This document shows positions 20,359 to 30,019 of a stretch of 64,000 nucleotides of DNA, piece by piece. The notes under the pieces were generated by a model. That model saw nothing but the letters and a program-made list of their open reading frames with translations, was not told where the DNA came from and did not search any database. Source of the DNA: an uncultured Eubacteriales bacterium (GTDB lineage: Bacteria; Actinomycetota; Coriobacteriia; Coriobacteriales; Eggerthellaceae); contig CAVJWZ010000001.1 of the NCBI GenBank assembly GCA_963653545.1, forward strand, positions 4,759-68,758, in the 5' to 3' direction. Both the position numbers and the translations under genes were made by a program. Each line of letters starts with the position of its first letter. The stretch's first letter is position 1.

Positions 20359-21675
20359 TTACTCTTTATAATCTTCTGGGTTCTTTGAAGAGCTTTTTGT
20401 TGTTGCGCTTTTTATGCGCATTTCATGACCAAACTGTAACATGTTTTCTCCGAACTTTTCGGCAATTGCATCACGTGCTTTAAGGAGATCTATGTTTTCA
20501 TTTGCGCATGTGAGAAGTGGGCGTTTGTCGCTTGCGCACTTGGTGTCATTGTTATCAAAAAGGGTAGTCTGTATCGGGTCTTGTTTAAAGTCGCTCACCC
20601 CAACACCTATAAGTCTAACAAGGTCAATACCATTCCAGATTTCGTCAAGCATGGCATAGAGATATGGGAGCCAATGCAGCTCATTTGATCCTAAGTTTGG
20701 AATTTTTTTCTGACAACTTTTTCGGGTGAGATCTTCAAAACGAATTTTTAAATGAAGAACCGATCCAACAGTTTCTTTGCGACGTAGCTTTCTGCCAACT
20801 TTATGAGCAGTAGTTGCTATGAGTGCTTCAATATCCGATCGCTCAGAGGTGCTTTGCGCCAGCGATATTTCGTTAGAGATTGATTTTGCTGGCTCAGGAG
20901 TATCTGTTAGTGGCGTATCTATTCCTGCACAGCGCAGGCGCATACGCTGTGCGTTTTTTCCAAAAACACGTTTTAAAATACTTTGATCTGATTTTGCCAA
21001 ATCGCCCAAGGTGTGTATGCCATATTGTTTAAGTGTTTTTTGAGCAGCAGGTCCAATGCCGCTCATTTCTTTAATAGAAAGGGGAGATAAAAAAGCTTTT
21101 TCTTCTCCGGGATACACCACGGTTAACCCACAAGGTTTATTGGTGTTAGAAGCAATTTTAGCTACTGCTTTAGAGGTACCAAGCCCTATAGAGCAGGTTA
21201 TTCCAAGCTCCTTTATATTTTTTTGAATTCTTTGAGCGATGTGTATTGGATGTTCTTTATTAATGCGTGTAGGTGATACATCAAGAAATGCCTCATCAAT
21301 ACTTACCTGCATAAGATGAGGAGATTCAAAATAGAGAATATCCATCACTTGTTTTGATATTTCACGGTAACGATGAAAATTGCCGCTGGTCCAAAATGCT
21401 TGAGGGCAAAGTTTTACTGCTGTTTGAGAGGGCATGGCAGAATGAACCCCAAAAGCACGCGCCTCATATGAAGCTGTAGAAACAACGCCACGTTTATTGG
21501 GGCTTCCGCCTACAATGACGGGCTTATGCCTCCACTCTGGATGATCTAATTGTTCGACAGAGGCAAAAAAGGCATCAAGATCTACCAGCAAAATGGCAGA
21601 CCCTTTCCAAGGAACTAAAGAATTTTTAGGTGTAGCATGCTTGTCAGAGCGATTATGTATCAACTTATTTTTCAT
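20359..21675 (-). CDS. dinB: DNA polymerase IV (Y family)
   Basis: VDLDAFFASVE, STASYEAR, SIDEAFLD and AKIAS..NKP.G motifs. Confidence 0.95.
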   Translation of the reverse strand: MKNKLIHNRSDKHATPKNSLVPWKGSAILLVDLDAFFASVEQLDHPEWRHKPVIVGGSPNKRGVVSTASYEARAFGVHSAMPSQTAVKLCPQAFWTSGNFHRYREISKQVMDILYFESPHLMQVSIDEAFLDVSPTRINKEHPIHIAQRIQKNIKELGITCSIGLGTSKAVAKIASNTNKPCGLTVVYPGEEKAFLSPLSIKEMSGIGPAAQKTLKQYGIHTLGDLAKSDQSILKRVFGKNAQRMRLRCAGIDTPLTDTPEPAKSISNEISLAQSTSERSDIEALIATTAHKVGRKLRRKETVGSVLHLKIRFEDLTRKSCQKKIPNLGSNELHWLPYLYAMLDEIWNGIDLVRLIGVGVSDFKQDPIQTTLFDNNDTKCASDKRPLLTCANENIDLLKARDAIAEKFGENMLQFGHEMRIKSATTKSSSKNPEDYKE

Positions 21676-21765
21676 AGCATCATTTTAAAGCACGCAATCA
21701 ATAAATATGTGGTAGGGTAGTGTTTCCTCGTAACAGGGGATACGGTATATAGCAAGGAAGTTAAC

Positions 21766-22893
21766 GTGCAGGCTTTTAATTCTTTTACAGAGTTAGTCAA
21801 TGGGATTTCTGCTTCAAGGCAGGAAACTTCAACGTTGCCCTATGATATTCGTGCCGAAATTGATTGGATCGATTTTTCTTGTACGGCTAACCCTTTAGGT
21901 ACTCCCAAAAGGGTTAGGGATGCTATTAGCCGGGCGATAGGTGAAGGGGATTTGTCTTTTTTGCCTAATCAAGATGGCTCTCATTTGAGTAGAACTTTAA
22001 GCCGCTATTATGAAATGCCTGCCGAAAGCTTTCTTGCAGGAACAAGCTCTACTGCTATGATTGCCGCTATTGCTCAAGCATATCGACCTTGTAATGTCGG
22101 AATTCCAACACCAGCTCCTGCGGAATATTTCTTAAGTGTTGCTAATGTTGGGCATAACCCTCTCAAGCTTCAGAATCCATTTTCGCTCTCAGCAATTGAT
22201 CCAGAGTTGGCCTTTTCTAAAGGGTTAACTTTTGATGCTGCTGTTTTAGCTAATCCAAGTTATCCTTGTGCACGGTTACTTAATGAATCTACGCTTAAAA
22301 GGTATTTAGATGCATGTAATTGGGTAATTATCGATGAATCCAAAGTTAACCTTACTCTCGGTGGAGAGTCGTTTGTCGAACTGACTCAAAGCTATGAAAA
22401 CTTGCTGGTAATAAGAAATATTTCAGAAGATCTTGGCATGCCGGGTATCCCGCTCGGTTATATTGTTGGTCATCAGTCAACCATCAAGCATATTCGCCGC
22501 TTTAGCGATGGAACTTCCATCGGCATGTTTCATGAGATTATTGCCAAAGAGCTTCCTTATGTTGAAGATTACAATGAAGAAACCAACAAGCTTCTTGATT
22601 CCGAAATCCCTTGGATGCAATGCATGTTGAGCCTCACTCCTGGAATTAAAGTTTTTCCCTCAGAAGCTAATTTTGTTATGTGTTCTTTAGAGGAGCGAGC
22701 AACAAGAGCATTTGGAATAGCTAATGCAGCAGATCTTATAGTTCGCCTACAAAAAGCTGGCTTTACGGTGCGTGATTTAGCGGGTATTCCTGGTATTGAA
22801 GGGGACAAATATTTTCTTGTAGCCATCAGAACACACGAAGACAACGAGAAGCTTATTTCAGCCCTGCGCGAAATTATTGTTTCGGGTACATAG
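21766..22893 (+). CDS. Class I/II aminotransferase-fold (CobD/HisC-like) protein with a degenerate active site
   Basis: IDFS..ANPLG, IIDES, G.PLGY and PSEANF resemble CobD/HisC, but the PLP lysine position reads RNISED. Confidence 0.75.
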   Translation: MQAFNSFTELVNGISASRQETSTLPYDIRAEIDWIDFSCTANPLGTPKRVRDAISRAIGEGDLSFLPNQDGSHLSRTLSRYYEMPAESFLAGTSSTAMIAAIAQAYRPCNVGIPTPAPAEYFLSVANVGHNPLKLQNPFSLSAIDPELAFSKGLTFDAAVLANPSYPCARLLNESTLKRYLDACNWVIIDESKVNLTLGGESFVELTQSYENLLVIRNISEDLGMPGIPLGYIVGHQSTIKHIRRFSDGTSIGMFHEIIAKELPYVEDYNEETNKLLDSEIPWMQCMLSLTPGIKVFPSEANFVMCSLEERATRAFGIANAADLIVRLQKAGFTVRDLAGIPGIEGDKYFLVAIRTHEDNEKLISALREIIVSGT

Positions 22894-23125
22894 CTCGTTA
22901 GTTTCTTGACGTTCGTTTGTTTTGATAATCGGTATAAGAATATCCTCATTATCGGTATTAGATGCCTATATCAAGATCAAACAATTTTTTGTAGTACGTT
23001 TTGAGTGAATAGATTGTTGACCTTTTTAGCTGATTTAGTAGTTAAGTAGCTTCCTTGACTATTGAAGGCTGGTTTATTTGGTTATAATCGTTCAGGTTGT
23101 TTATTTGAAAGAAAGGTTGATTATC

Positions 23126-25963
23126 GTGGCTAAAGGCTACAAAACATCAATGAATTTGCCACGCACTAAGTTTCCTATGCGTGCAAACTTACCTGAAAAC
23201 GAACCTAAGCGCCTCAAATTTTGGAATGATATTGATATTTACCATAAGGTGCTTGAAAAAAATAAAGATAATGAGCCCTTTATTTTGCATGATGGGCCTC
23301 CTTATGCAAATGGGCCAATTCACCTAGGACACTCATTTAATAAAATTCTCAAAGATTTTGTTATTAAATCACATGCTCAACGGGGCTATTTCACGCCTTA
23401 TGTGCCAGGCTGGGATTGCCATGGGCAACCAATTGAACATATGGTTGAAGTCAAGCTTGGCCCTGAGAAGATGGCTAAGATCGATCAGCCAACGCTTCGT
23501 CGCTTATGTCGTGAATGGGCAGAAAAATACGTTGATATTCAACGAGAGGGCTTTAAACGTCTTGGTGTTAATGCCGATTGGGATCATCCTTATCTCACCT
23601 TTACCCATGATTATGAAGCGGGCAACGTTGAAATTTTCAAGACCATGTATCTTAATGGTTCAGTTTATCGAGGTCGTAAGCCAATTCATTGGTGTAAGAC
23701 ATGCCATACAGCTCTTGCAGAGGCAGAAATTGAATATGGCGATGAGGTATCACCTTCAATTTTCGTAAATTTTAAACTTGATACGGTACCTCCAATTTTT
23801 GAGGCAGCTGGAGTAACAAATCCTGCATATATTCTTATTTGGACTACTACTCCTTGGACCTTGCCTGCTAATACGGCGGTTTGCTTGGCTCCAGAAGCAG
23901 ATTACGTAATGGTTGAAACCAATGAGTTCTGCACCATTATGGCCTATGAGTTGGTTAAAGAAGTTGCTCAAACCGCAGGATGGACAGATTATCGTATTGT
24001 CTCTGATGCAGCGGGCAACGCAGTTACAGTTAAAGGCAAAGAGTTATGCGGAGCAACCTATACGTGTCCTATTCGCCAAGACCTTAAAGGCATGGTTATT
24101 TATGGCAATCATGTAACGCTTGATTCTGGTACGGGTGCTGTCCATACTGCTCCCGGTCATGGTCAGGATGACTATCTTGTTGGTCTTGAGTTTGATATCC
24201 CTATTCTTATGCCTGTTGATGACAATGGTGTTTTAACTGATGAAGCTGGGCAATTTTCTGGCCTTAGTGTTGATGAAGCTAATCCTGCCATTATCGCATG
24301 GCTTAAGAGTCAAGGTGTTTTAGTTGCTCATGTAGATATCAGCCATAGCTATCCTCATTGTTGGCGTTGTCATGAGCCAGTTATCTTTCGTGCAACTGAT
24401 CAGTGGTTTGTTTCTATGGATAAAAACGATCTTCGCAGAAATGCGATGAAAGCGATCGATGAAACAGTTACTTGGATTCCTGAATGGGCAAAAAATCGTA
24501 TCGGTTCCATGGTAAGCGAACGTCCTGACTGGTGTATTTCACGTCAGCGTTCTTGGGGCGTTCCTATTCCGGTGTTTCGCTGTGGTAAGTGCGGTACCAC
24601 CATTGCAACCGAGCAAACATTTGATGCGGTTATTGAACTCTTTAAAAAAGAAGGCTCTGATGCGTGGTTTATTAAGCAACCGAGCGATTATTTGCCACAA
24701 GATACGCGTTGTCCGTCTTGTGGCTGCAGCGAAATTGAACCGGAAAAGGACATCCTTGACGTTTGGTGGGAAAGCGGCGTATCGCATACCTCAGTTTGCA
24801 AACAGCGTGCAAATGAAGGGCTTCGTTTTCCTGCTGATATGTACCTTGAGGGCTCGGACCAACATCGCGGTTGGTTTCAATCTTCACTGCTAACTTCGAT
24901 TGGTGCCTATGGTGTTCCTCCTTATAAATCGGTAATGCACTGTGGATTCACCGTTGATGGCGAGGGTCGCAAAATGTCAAAATCGCTTGGCAACGGAATT
25001 GATCCTGCTGATGTTATGAAATCTTACGGTGCAGATGTGCTTCGTCTCTGGGTTGCAAGTGTTGATTATTCTCAAGACGTAAGCATCTCAGATGAGATTT
25101 TAAAGCGCACGAGCGAAACCTATCGTCGTTTGCGCAACACTTTCCGTTTCTTACTTGGCGTATTGGATGATTTTTCTGATGAAGTTGCTGTTACAAGTTG
25201 GGATAAATTAACACCCCTTGATCAATGGGCTTTGGTTCGACTTGCTCGTTTGCTCGATGAAGTCAATGCGGCCTATGACGCTTATAAGTTCCATCATGTG
25301 TATCGTTTAATTTATGATTATATTGTTGGTGATTTGTCTGCGGTTTATATGGATGCACTGAAGGACCGTTTATATTCTGAGGCACCCAATTCTCCAATCC
25401 GTCGAAGTGCGCAAACGGTATTAGCAAATGTACTTGAAGTGCTTGTTCGTGTTTTGATGCCTATTATGAGCTTTACCACTGAAGAAGTTTGGCAGAATTA
25501 TCCCGAAGCTCTAAGTAAGCAAGATAGTCATCCCGAAAGCGTTCAGCTTGCTGGTTGGCCATCGATCAATGATTTTGTTCCAACTATTCCACCTAACGTT
25601 GTTGGTCGTGTTTCTGAGGAATTTGAGGTAATTCTTAATCTTCGTGATGAGGTCACCAAAGCTCTTGAAACAAAACGTGAAGAAAAAGTAATCAACAAAA
25701 GCCAAGAGGCGGATGTTGCAATTTTTGCGCCGCGTGATCTTTTGGATGTTTATCAAGCAAAAGATGCTGCTTTTTACGAAGAGTTATTCATGGTAAGCAC
25801 CGTAATGTTTAGCGAAGCCTCTGAACTCATCGTAGAAATTACTCCTTCTTCAGCAGAAAAATGTCCTCGTTGTTGGAATTATCGTGAGGTGGGGAACAAC
25901 GCACACTATCCAGAGGTTTGTGATCGTTGTGCTGCTGTACTTGAAGAAATCTCGTTTACTTAA
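23126..25963 (+). CDS. ileS: Isoleucine--tRNA ligase (type 1)
   Basis: PYANGPIHLGH, GWDCHG, WCISRQR and KMSKS motifs and a C-terminal CPRCW..CDRC zinc finger. GTG start 23126 after GAAAGG. Confidence 0.97.
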   Translation: MAKGYKTSMNLPRTKFPMRANLPENEPKRLKFWNDIDIYHKVLEKNKDNEPFILHDGPPYANGPIHLGHSFNKILKDFVIKSHAQRGYFTPYVPGWDCHGQPIEHMVEVKLGPEKMAKIDQPTLRRLCREWAEKYVDIQREGFKRLGVNADWDHPYLTFTHDYEAGNVEIFKTMYLNGSVYRGRKPIHWCKTCHTALAEAEIEYGDEVSPSIFVNFKLDTVPPIFEAAGVTNPAYILIWTTTPWTLPANTAVCLAPEADYVMVETNEFCTIMAYELVKEVAQTAGWTDYRIVSDAAGNAVTVKGKELCGATYTCPIRQDLKGMVIYGNHVTLDSGTGAVHTAPGHGQDDYLVGLEFDIPILMPVDDNGVLTDEAGQFSGLSVDEANPAIIAWLKSQGVLVAHVDISHSYPHCWRCHEPVIFRATDQWFVSMDKNDLRRNAMKAIDETVTWIPEWAKNRIGSMVSERPDWCISRQRSWGVPIPVFRCGKCGTTIATEQTFDAVIELFKKEGSDAWFIKQPSDYLPQDTRCPSCGCSEIEPEKDILDVWWESGVSHTSVCKQRANEGLRFPADMYLEGSDQHRGWFQSSLLTSIGAYGVPPYKSVMHCGFTVDGEGRKMSKSLGNGIDPADVMKSYGADVLRLWVASVDYSQDVSISDEILKRTSETYRRLRNTFRFLLGVLDDFSDEVAVTSWDKLTPLDQWALVRLARLLDEVNAAYDAYKFHHVYRLIYDYIVGDLSAVYMDALKDRLYSEAPNSPIRRSAQTVLANVLEVLVRVLMPIMSFTTEEVWQNYPEALSKQDSHPESVQLAGWPSINDFVPTIPPNVVGRVSEEFEVILNLRDEVTKALETKREEKVINKSQEADVAIFAPRDLLDVYQAKDAAFYEELFMVSTVMFSEASELIVEITPSSAEKCPRCWNYREVGNNAHYPEVCDRCAAVLEEISFT

Positions 25964-25974
25964 GATTAGTTTGT

Positions 25975-26502
25975 ATGAGAGATGCAATTTTTAAAACCTT
26001 AAAAGCACGCAATCTTATTCTTTTTACCGGATGCGTGCTTTTTTGGGTTGTTATAGATCGAATTACTAAAGTTTTTATCGATTCAAATTTTGCTGCGGGC
26101 AACATTATAGTTGGGAATATCGCTAATCTTTTCCAACTTGATTTAGTTCATAATACAGGTGCTGCTTGGGGTTCTTTTTCAGGCGCAACACTTGTATTTG
26201 TGATAATAGCCTTTCTTGTGTGTGTTCTTGTCTGCATTTTTGTATGGAAAGAGGCACCTGTTGCCAATCGTGCTGAAATAATAGGATTAAGCTTATTGGT
26301 TGCAGGCGGTATAGGAAACGCCATAGATCGTGTGCTATATGGTTATGTGGTTGATTTTATAACCCCTACGTTTATTGATTTTCCAACGTTTAATATTGCT
26401 GATATAGGCGTTACCTGCGGAATTATTCTTGCTGCTTTTGGCTATATAGTTCAGTCAAAGCAAACAAAGGCATCTTCAAAAAAATCTCAAGGGAAAGATT
26501 AA
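25975..26502 (+). CDS. lspA: Lipoprotein signal peptidase II
   Basis: DRITK, NTGAAWG, GNAIDR, VVDFI and FNIAD motifs. Confidence 0.96.
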   Translation: MRDAIFKTLKARNLILFTGCVLFWVVIDRITKVFIDSNFAAGNIIVGNIANLFQLDLVHNTGAAWGSFSGATLVFVIIAFLVCVLVCIFVWKEAPVANRAEIIGLSLLVAGGIGNAIDRVLYGYVVDFITPTFIDFPTFNIADIGVTCGIILAAFGYIVQSKQTKASSKKSQGKD

Positions 26503-26505
26503 TCA

Positions 26506-27573
26506 ATGGCTCGCTCACTCTCTACTACCGTAAGTGCTTTATATGCCAACATGCGCCTTGATTCTTTTCTTTTTGAGTCGGGATTATACCCTTCTCGTAG
26601 CAAGGCTGTAAAACAAATTGAAGCTGGTAAAGTATTCATAAATGGTAAGCAGTCAACCAAAAAGACACTCGTCCAAGCCAATGACTTCATTGTCTATGAA
26701 GAATACGAAGAAGAGCAGCATGCTTTTCTCGAGCCTGAAAATATTCCCCTTGATGTTGTTTATGAAGATGATGATCTTCTTGTTTTGAATAAGCAAGCTG
26801 GCTTAATTTGTCATCCTTCTCCTGGGCATCCTAGGGGTACATTATCAAATGCTCTTATCTATCGTTATGGTCGTGAGAATCTCGCGCATATTCAAGGAGA
26901 TGACAGACCTGGCATTGTCCATCGCCTTGATGGTGACACAACAGGCCTTATGCTTTGCGCGAAAAACAATGAAGTTGCCTATGAATTGCAAGATGAAATT
27001 CGATCCCGCAATGTAAATCGAAAATATCTTTGCTTGGTGCATGGCAATATAGCAAGCGATACGGGGCTTATCGATGCACCTATTTTTAGAAGTGATAAAA
27101 ATAGGCTCAAGATGCAAGTTTCAGACAAACCGCAGGCACGATCTTCTGTTACCACCTTTAGAGTTCTTGAACGTTTTGATGCAGATAGAAAAGATAATGG
27201 ATTCTCCCTCATAGAATGCAAGCTTTACTCAGGAAGAACTCATCAAATTCGCGTTCACATGGAATATATCAAACATTGGTGTGTTGGTGATCAAACATAT
27301 GGCACTCCTGGAAAAAGCGATAACCTTGGCTTGGTGCGACAGTTTTTGCATTCGTATTTTATTGAGTTTGAACACCCAAAAACTCATGAGATGCTTCGTT
27401 TTGTACAGGTACTTCCACTTGATCTACAAGAAGCACTTCGCACATTGCAAGAGCGCTCAACAGGTCTTACCGATGCCGGTAGGGAAGTATTTTCTCTCTA
27501 TACTGGCGATGATATAAGTAGCTTATCTTTGTATGATCAGCTAGAAAATATCTCATCTTTTTCTAAGTGTTAG
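26506..27573 (+). CDS. rluD: RluA/RluD-family pseudouridine synthase
   Basis: S4 domain (RLD..SRS), NKQAGL..HP, VHRLD and GRTHQIRVH motifs; lspA-rluD synteny. Confidence 0.9.
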   Translation: MARSLSTTVSALYANMRLDSFLFESGLYPSRSKAVKQIEAGKVFINGKQSTKKTLVQANDFIVYEEYEEEQHAFLEPENIPLDVVYEDDDLLVLNKQAGLICHPSPGHPRGTLSNALIYRYGRENLAHIQGDDRPGIVHRLDGDTTGLMLCAKNNEVAYELQDEIRSRNVNRKYLCLVHGNIASDTGLIDAPIFRSDKNRLKMQVSDKPQARSSVTTFRVLERFDADRKDNGFSLIECKLYSGRTHQIRVHMEYIKHWCVGDQTYGTPGKSDNLGLVRQFLHSYFIEFEHPKTHEMLRFVQVLPLDLQEALRTLQERSTGLTDAGREVFSLYTGDDISSLSLYDQLENISSFSKC

Positions 27574-28303
27574 GCTTTTTTCCTACATCGGCTGAAACAG
27601 TCATATTGTGAAAACGCGCTTGCATCCAATCATCGGGAAACCATTCATCGAGCAGTACGTCTATCTGATTGGCAGGGGGGATATTTTCTGTCCGTTGACC
27701 TTCCCGATTAAGGGCTAAGACCGTAAAAATAATATTTAAGGTCATAAATATCACCATAGCTACACTAACGATTTTGTAGAAAATGTTTTCTTGATTCACT
27801 AAGAGTTCAATTTTTTTGATAAGGGGAAGAATTATTCTTACCCAAAACAACCCGAGGGTTCCCCACATAACACCAAACATAAAGTTGGTTCTACCATTAA
27901 TGGAACCAAAGGTGCCGGTGTAATCCCATGCAATTGCATGCCAAAAGGTTTCCATCATCCAGCTTGCGGAGTACTCGAGCGCAGAGCCTAAAATCATAGC
28001 TATAAGAAAAATAATAAGATTGTGTGTGTAATAAAAACGATTTAAAAACAGCGTTAAAACCACTGCACCAACACCATAGATTGAAGAAAAAGGCCCCCAA
28101 ACCAATCCAGCCCTGCTTTCCCATTCTTGATATACAACAAGATGGAAACAGTCCTCAATTAAAAGACCCATGGCGGATCCTATAACAAAAATCCAAAAAA
28201 GAAGGAAGAAATCAATGGGCAAATAACGAGGAGCTAATTGGGCCATCAAGCTTTTTATGAACTTGGTTTCTACAAGTATGGTATTAGAGAGTATATCTTT
28301 CAT
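27563..28303 (-). CDS. Putative ABC-transporter permease-like membrane protein (CmpB-type)
   Basis: About 5 TM helices with GP...IYGVG, LEY and WDY.....INGR patterns; no ATPase partner nearby. Confidence 0.65.
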   Translation of the reverse strand: MKDILSNTILVETKFIKSLMAQLAPRYLPIDFFLLFWIFVIGSAMGLLIEDCFHLVVYQEWESRAGLVWGPFSSIYGVGAVVLTLFLNRFYYTHNLIIFLIAMILGSALEYSASWMMETFWHAIAWDYTGTFGSINGRTNFMFGVMWGTLGLFWVRIILPLIKKIELLVNQENIFYKIVSVAMVIFMTLNIIFTVLALNREGQRTENIPPANQIDVLLDEWFPDDWMQARFHNMTVSADVGKKPNT

Positions 28304-28415
28304 AGCGTATGGCGTCCTTGATTTCTTATGATGCCTTAAAACATCCAGCGCCTACTATATCAGAATTGAATTCTTTGCCCTACAATAAGTGCACTGTTGT
28401 TTGTAAGGGGAAAAG

Positions 28416-29636
28416 ATGACATCTCAAACTAAAAAAACTGTTCTTATTGGAATAACTGGATGTATTGCAGCATACAAAAGTTGTGAAATAATACGACATC
28501 TTCAGCGTCAAAATATTCATGTTAAAGTTGTTATGACAGAGCATGCTACTCATTTTGTTGATCCGCTTACCTTCAGGGCCCTAACTCATGAACCCGTTGC
28601 GGTCGATTTATTTGATAATCCGTCCGATCCCATTCATCATATCTCCCTTGCGCAAGAAGCTGATTTGTTTCTTATTGCTCCTTGCACCGCAAATGTTATG
28701 GCAAAACTTGCCTGTGGCTTAGCGGATGATCTGCTTACTACCACCGCTCTTGCTACCACTGCCCCTATCGTTATTGCTCCTGCTATGAATGTCCATATGT
28801 ACGAAAATGCCGTAACACAGCATAATATGCAAGTTTTACGAGAGCGCGGTATCGATTTTATTGAGGCAGACTCTGGCTACTTAGCCTGCGGAGAAGTAGG
28901 GAAGGGTAGATTAGCTGAACCTTCGTGTATTGCCGAGGAAGTTATCAAGTATTTGGCGGCAAACGAAACCCAACTCGAATTTGAGCAAGATCTCAAGGGA
29001 ACCCGCATTATGATTACTGCTGGTCCTACTATTGAGCCTATTGATCCTGTGCGCTATCTTTCTAATCGTTCTTCGGGCAAATTTGGTTATGCCATTGCCA
29101 AAGCTGCATTAGATCGCGGAGCTGATGTTACGCTTGTTTCTGGTCCCGTTGCCTTACCGTGCCCTCAAGATGCAAAAATTATGTATGTAGAAACTGCTCA
29201 GGAGATGCTTCAAGCTGCAGATAAAGCTTTTAGCGCCTGCGATATCGGTATTTTTACAGCAGCTGTTGCCGATGTTCGTCCGACTTCCGAGGCTAGCAAA
29301 AAACTCAAAAAAGGAACTGACGATTTGGCGCTCTCAAATATTACTTTAACTGAAAACCCCGATATTCTTTCCACCTTAGCTCATGGTAAAGTTGATCAGA
29401 TCGTGGTTGGTTTTGCCGCTGAAACAAATGATGTTATTGAGAATGCTCGTAAAAAGCTACAAAAAAAAGCTGCCAACATGATTGTTGCCAATGAGGTTGG
29501 CCCTGATAAGGCTTTTGGAAAAGATGAAAATGAAATATGGTTTGTAACTGAAAATAATATTGAGCATGTTGAACCAATGAATAAAGATCTTCTTGCACAT
29601 AAGGTTTTAGATAAAACTCTAGAACTTTTCTTTTAA
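28416..29636 (+). CDS. coaBC: Bifunctional phosphopantothenoylcysteine decarboxylase / phosphopantothenate--cysteine ligase
   Basis: GCIAAYK, APAMN, LACG..GKGR, TAGPT.EPIDPVR..SNRSSGK and GFAAET motifs. Confidence 0.97.
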   Translation: MTSQTKKTVLIGITGCIAAYKSCEIIRHLQRQNIHVKVVMTEHATHFVDPLTFRALTHEPVAVDLFDNPSDPIHHISLAQEADLFLIAPCTANVMAKLACGLADDLLTTTALATTAPIVIAPAMNVHMYENAVTQHNMQVLRERGIDFIEADSGYLACGEVGKGRLAEPSCIAEEVIKYLAANETQLEFEQDLKGTRIMITAGPTIEPIDPVRYLSNRSSGKFGYAIAKAALDRGADVTLVSGPVALPCPQDAKIMYVETAQEMLQAADKAFSACDIGIFTAAVADVRPTSEASKKLKKGTDDLALSNITLTENPDILSTLAHGKVDQIVVGFAAETNDVIENARKKLQKKAANMIVANEVGPDKAFGKDENEIWFVTENNIEHVEPMNKDLLAHKVLDKTLELFF

Positions 29637-29642
29637 GATTTA

Positions 29643-29671
29643 TTGAAATAGAACTTTTTTATGAGTATTAT
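29643..29671 (+). promoter_or_regulatory. Sigma-70-type promoter of tRNA-Pro
   Basis: TTGAAA-17 nt-TATTAT. Confidence 0.65.
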
Positions 29672-29695
29672 ATTCAGGCTGAATTAAGCATTTTG

Positions 29696-29772
<77 letters not shown>

Positions 29773-29780
29773 GTAAATAC

Positions 29781-29815
29781 AAGGGAATTGAAGGGTATAC
29801 TTTTGATTCCCTTTT
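29781..29815 (+). terminator. Intrinsic terminator after tRNA-Pro
   Basis: AAGGGAATTGAAGG...CTTTTGATTCCCTT stem followed by a T-rich tail. Confidence 0.75.
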
Positions 29816-30019
29816 AGTTTTTTCTTTCGTTAAAATAATTCGACCGCGAAGACGTTTTGCTGATTCTCGATATCTCCCAACGATATTCTCCACTTACCGA
29901 ACAAATAGAGGGTCAAATCAACTCGAAAAGCTCTTATAGCCAATAAAGCTATACAGTGATAGTGCGGCAAGAAACCTGTCGCATTTTTCTTATTGGCTCC
30001 TTAAAAAGGGGGAACATCT

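Noticed and set aside
22894..23125. T-box leader for ileS
   Set aside because: No T-box consensus (GGTGGNACC) is present, and a TATAAT lies only about 40 nt before the start.
27563..27573. 11-nt 3' overlap of rluD and the convergent membrane-protein gene
   Set aside because: Short convergent overlaps are common and there is no sign of a frameshift.
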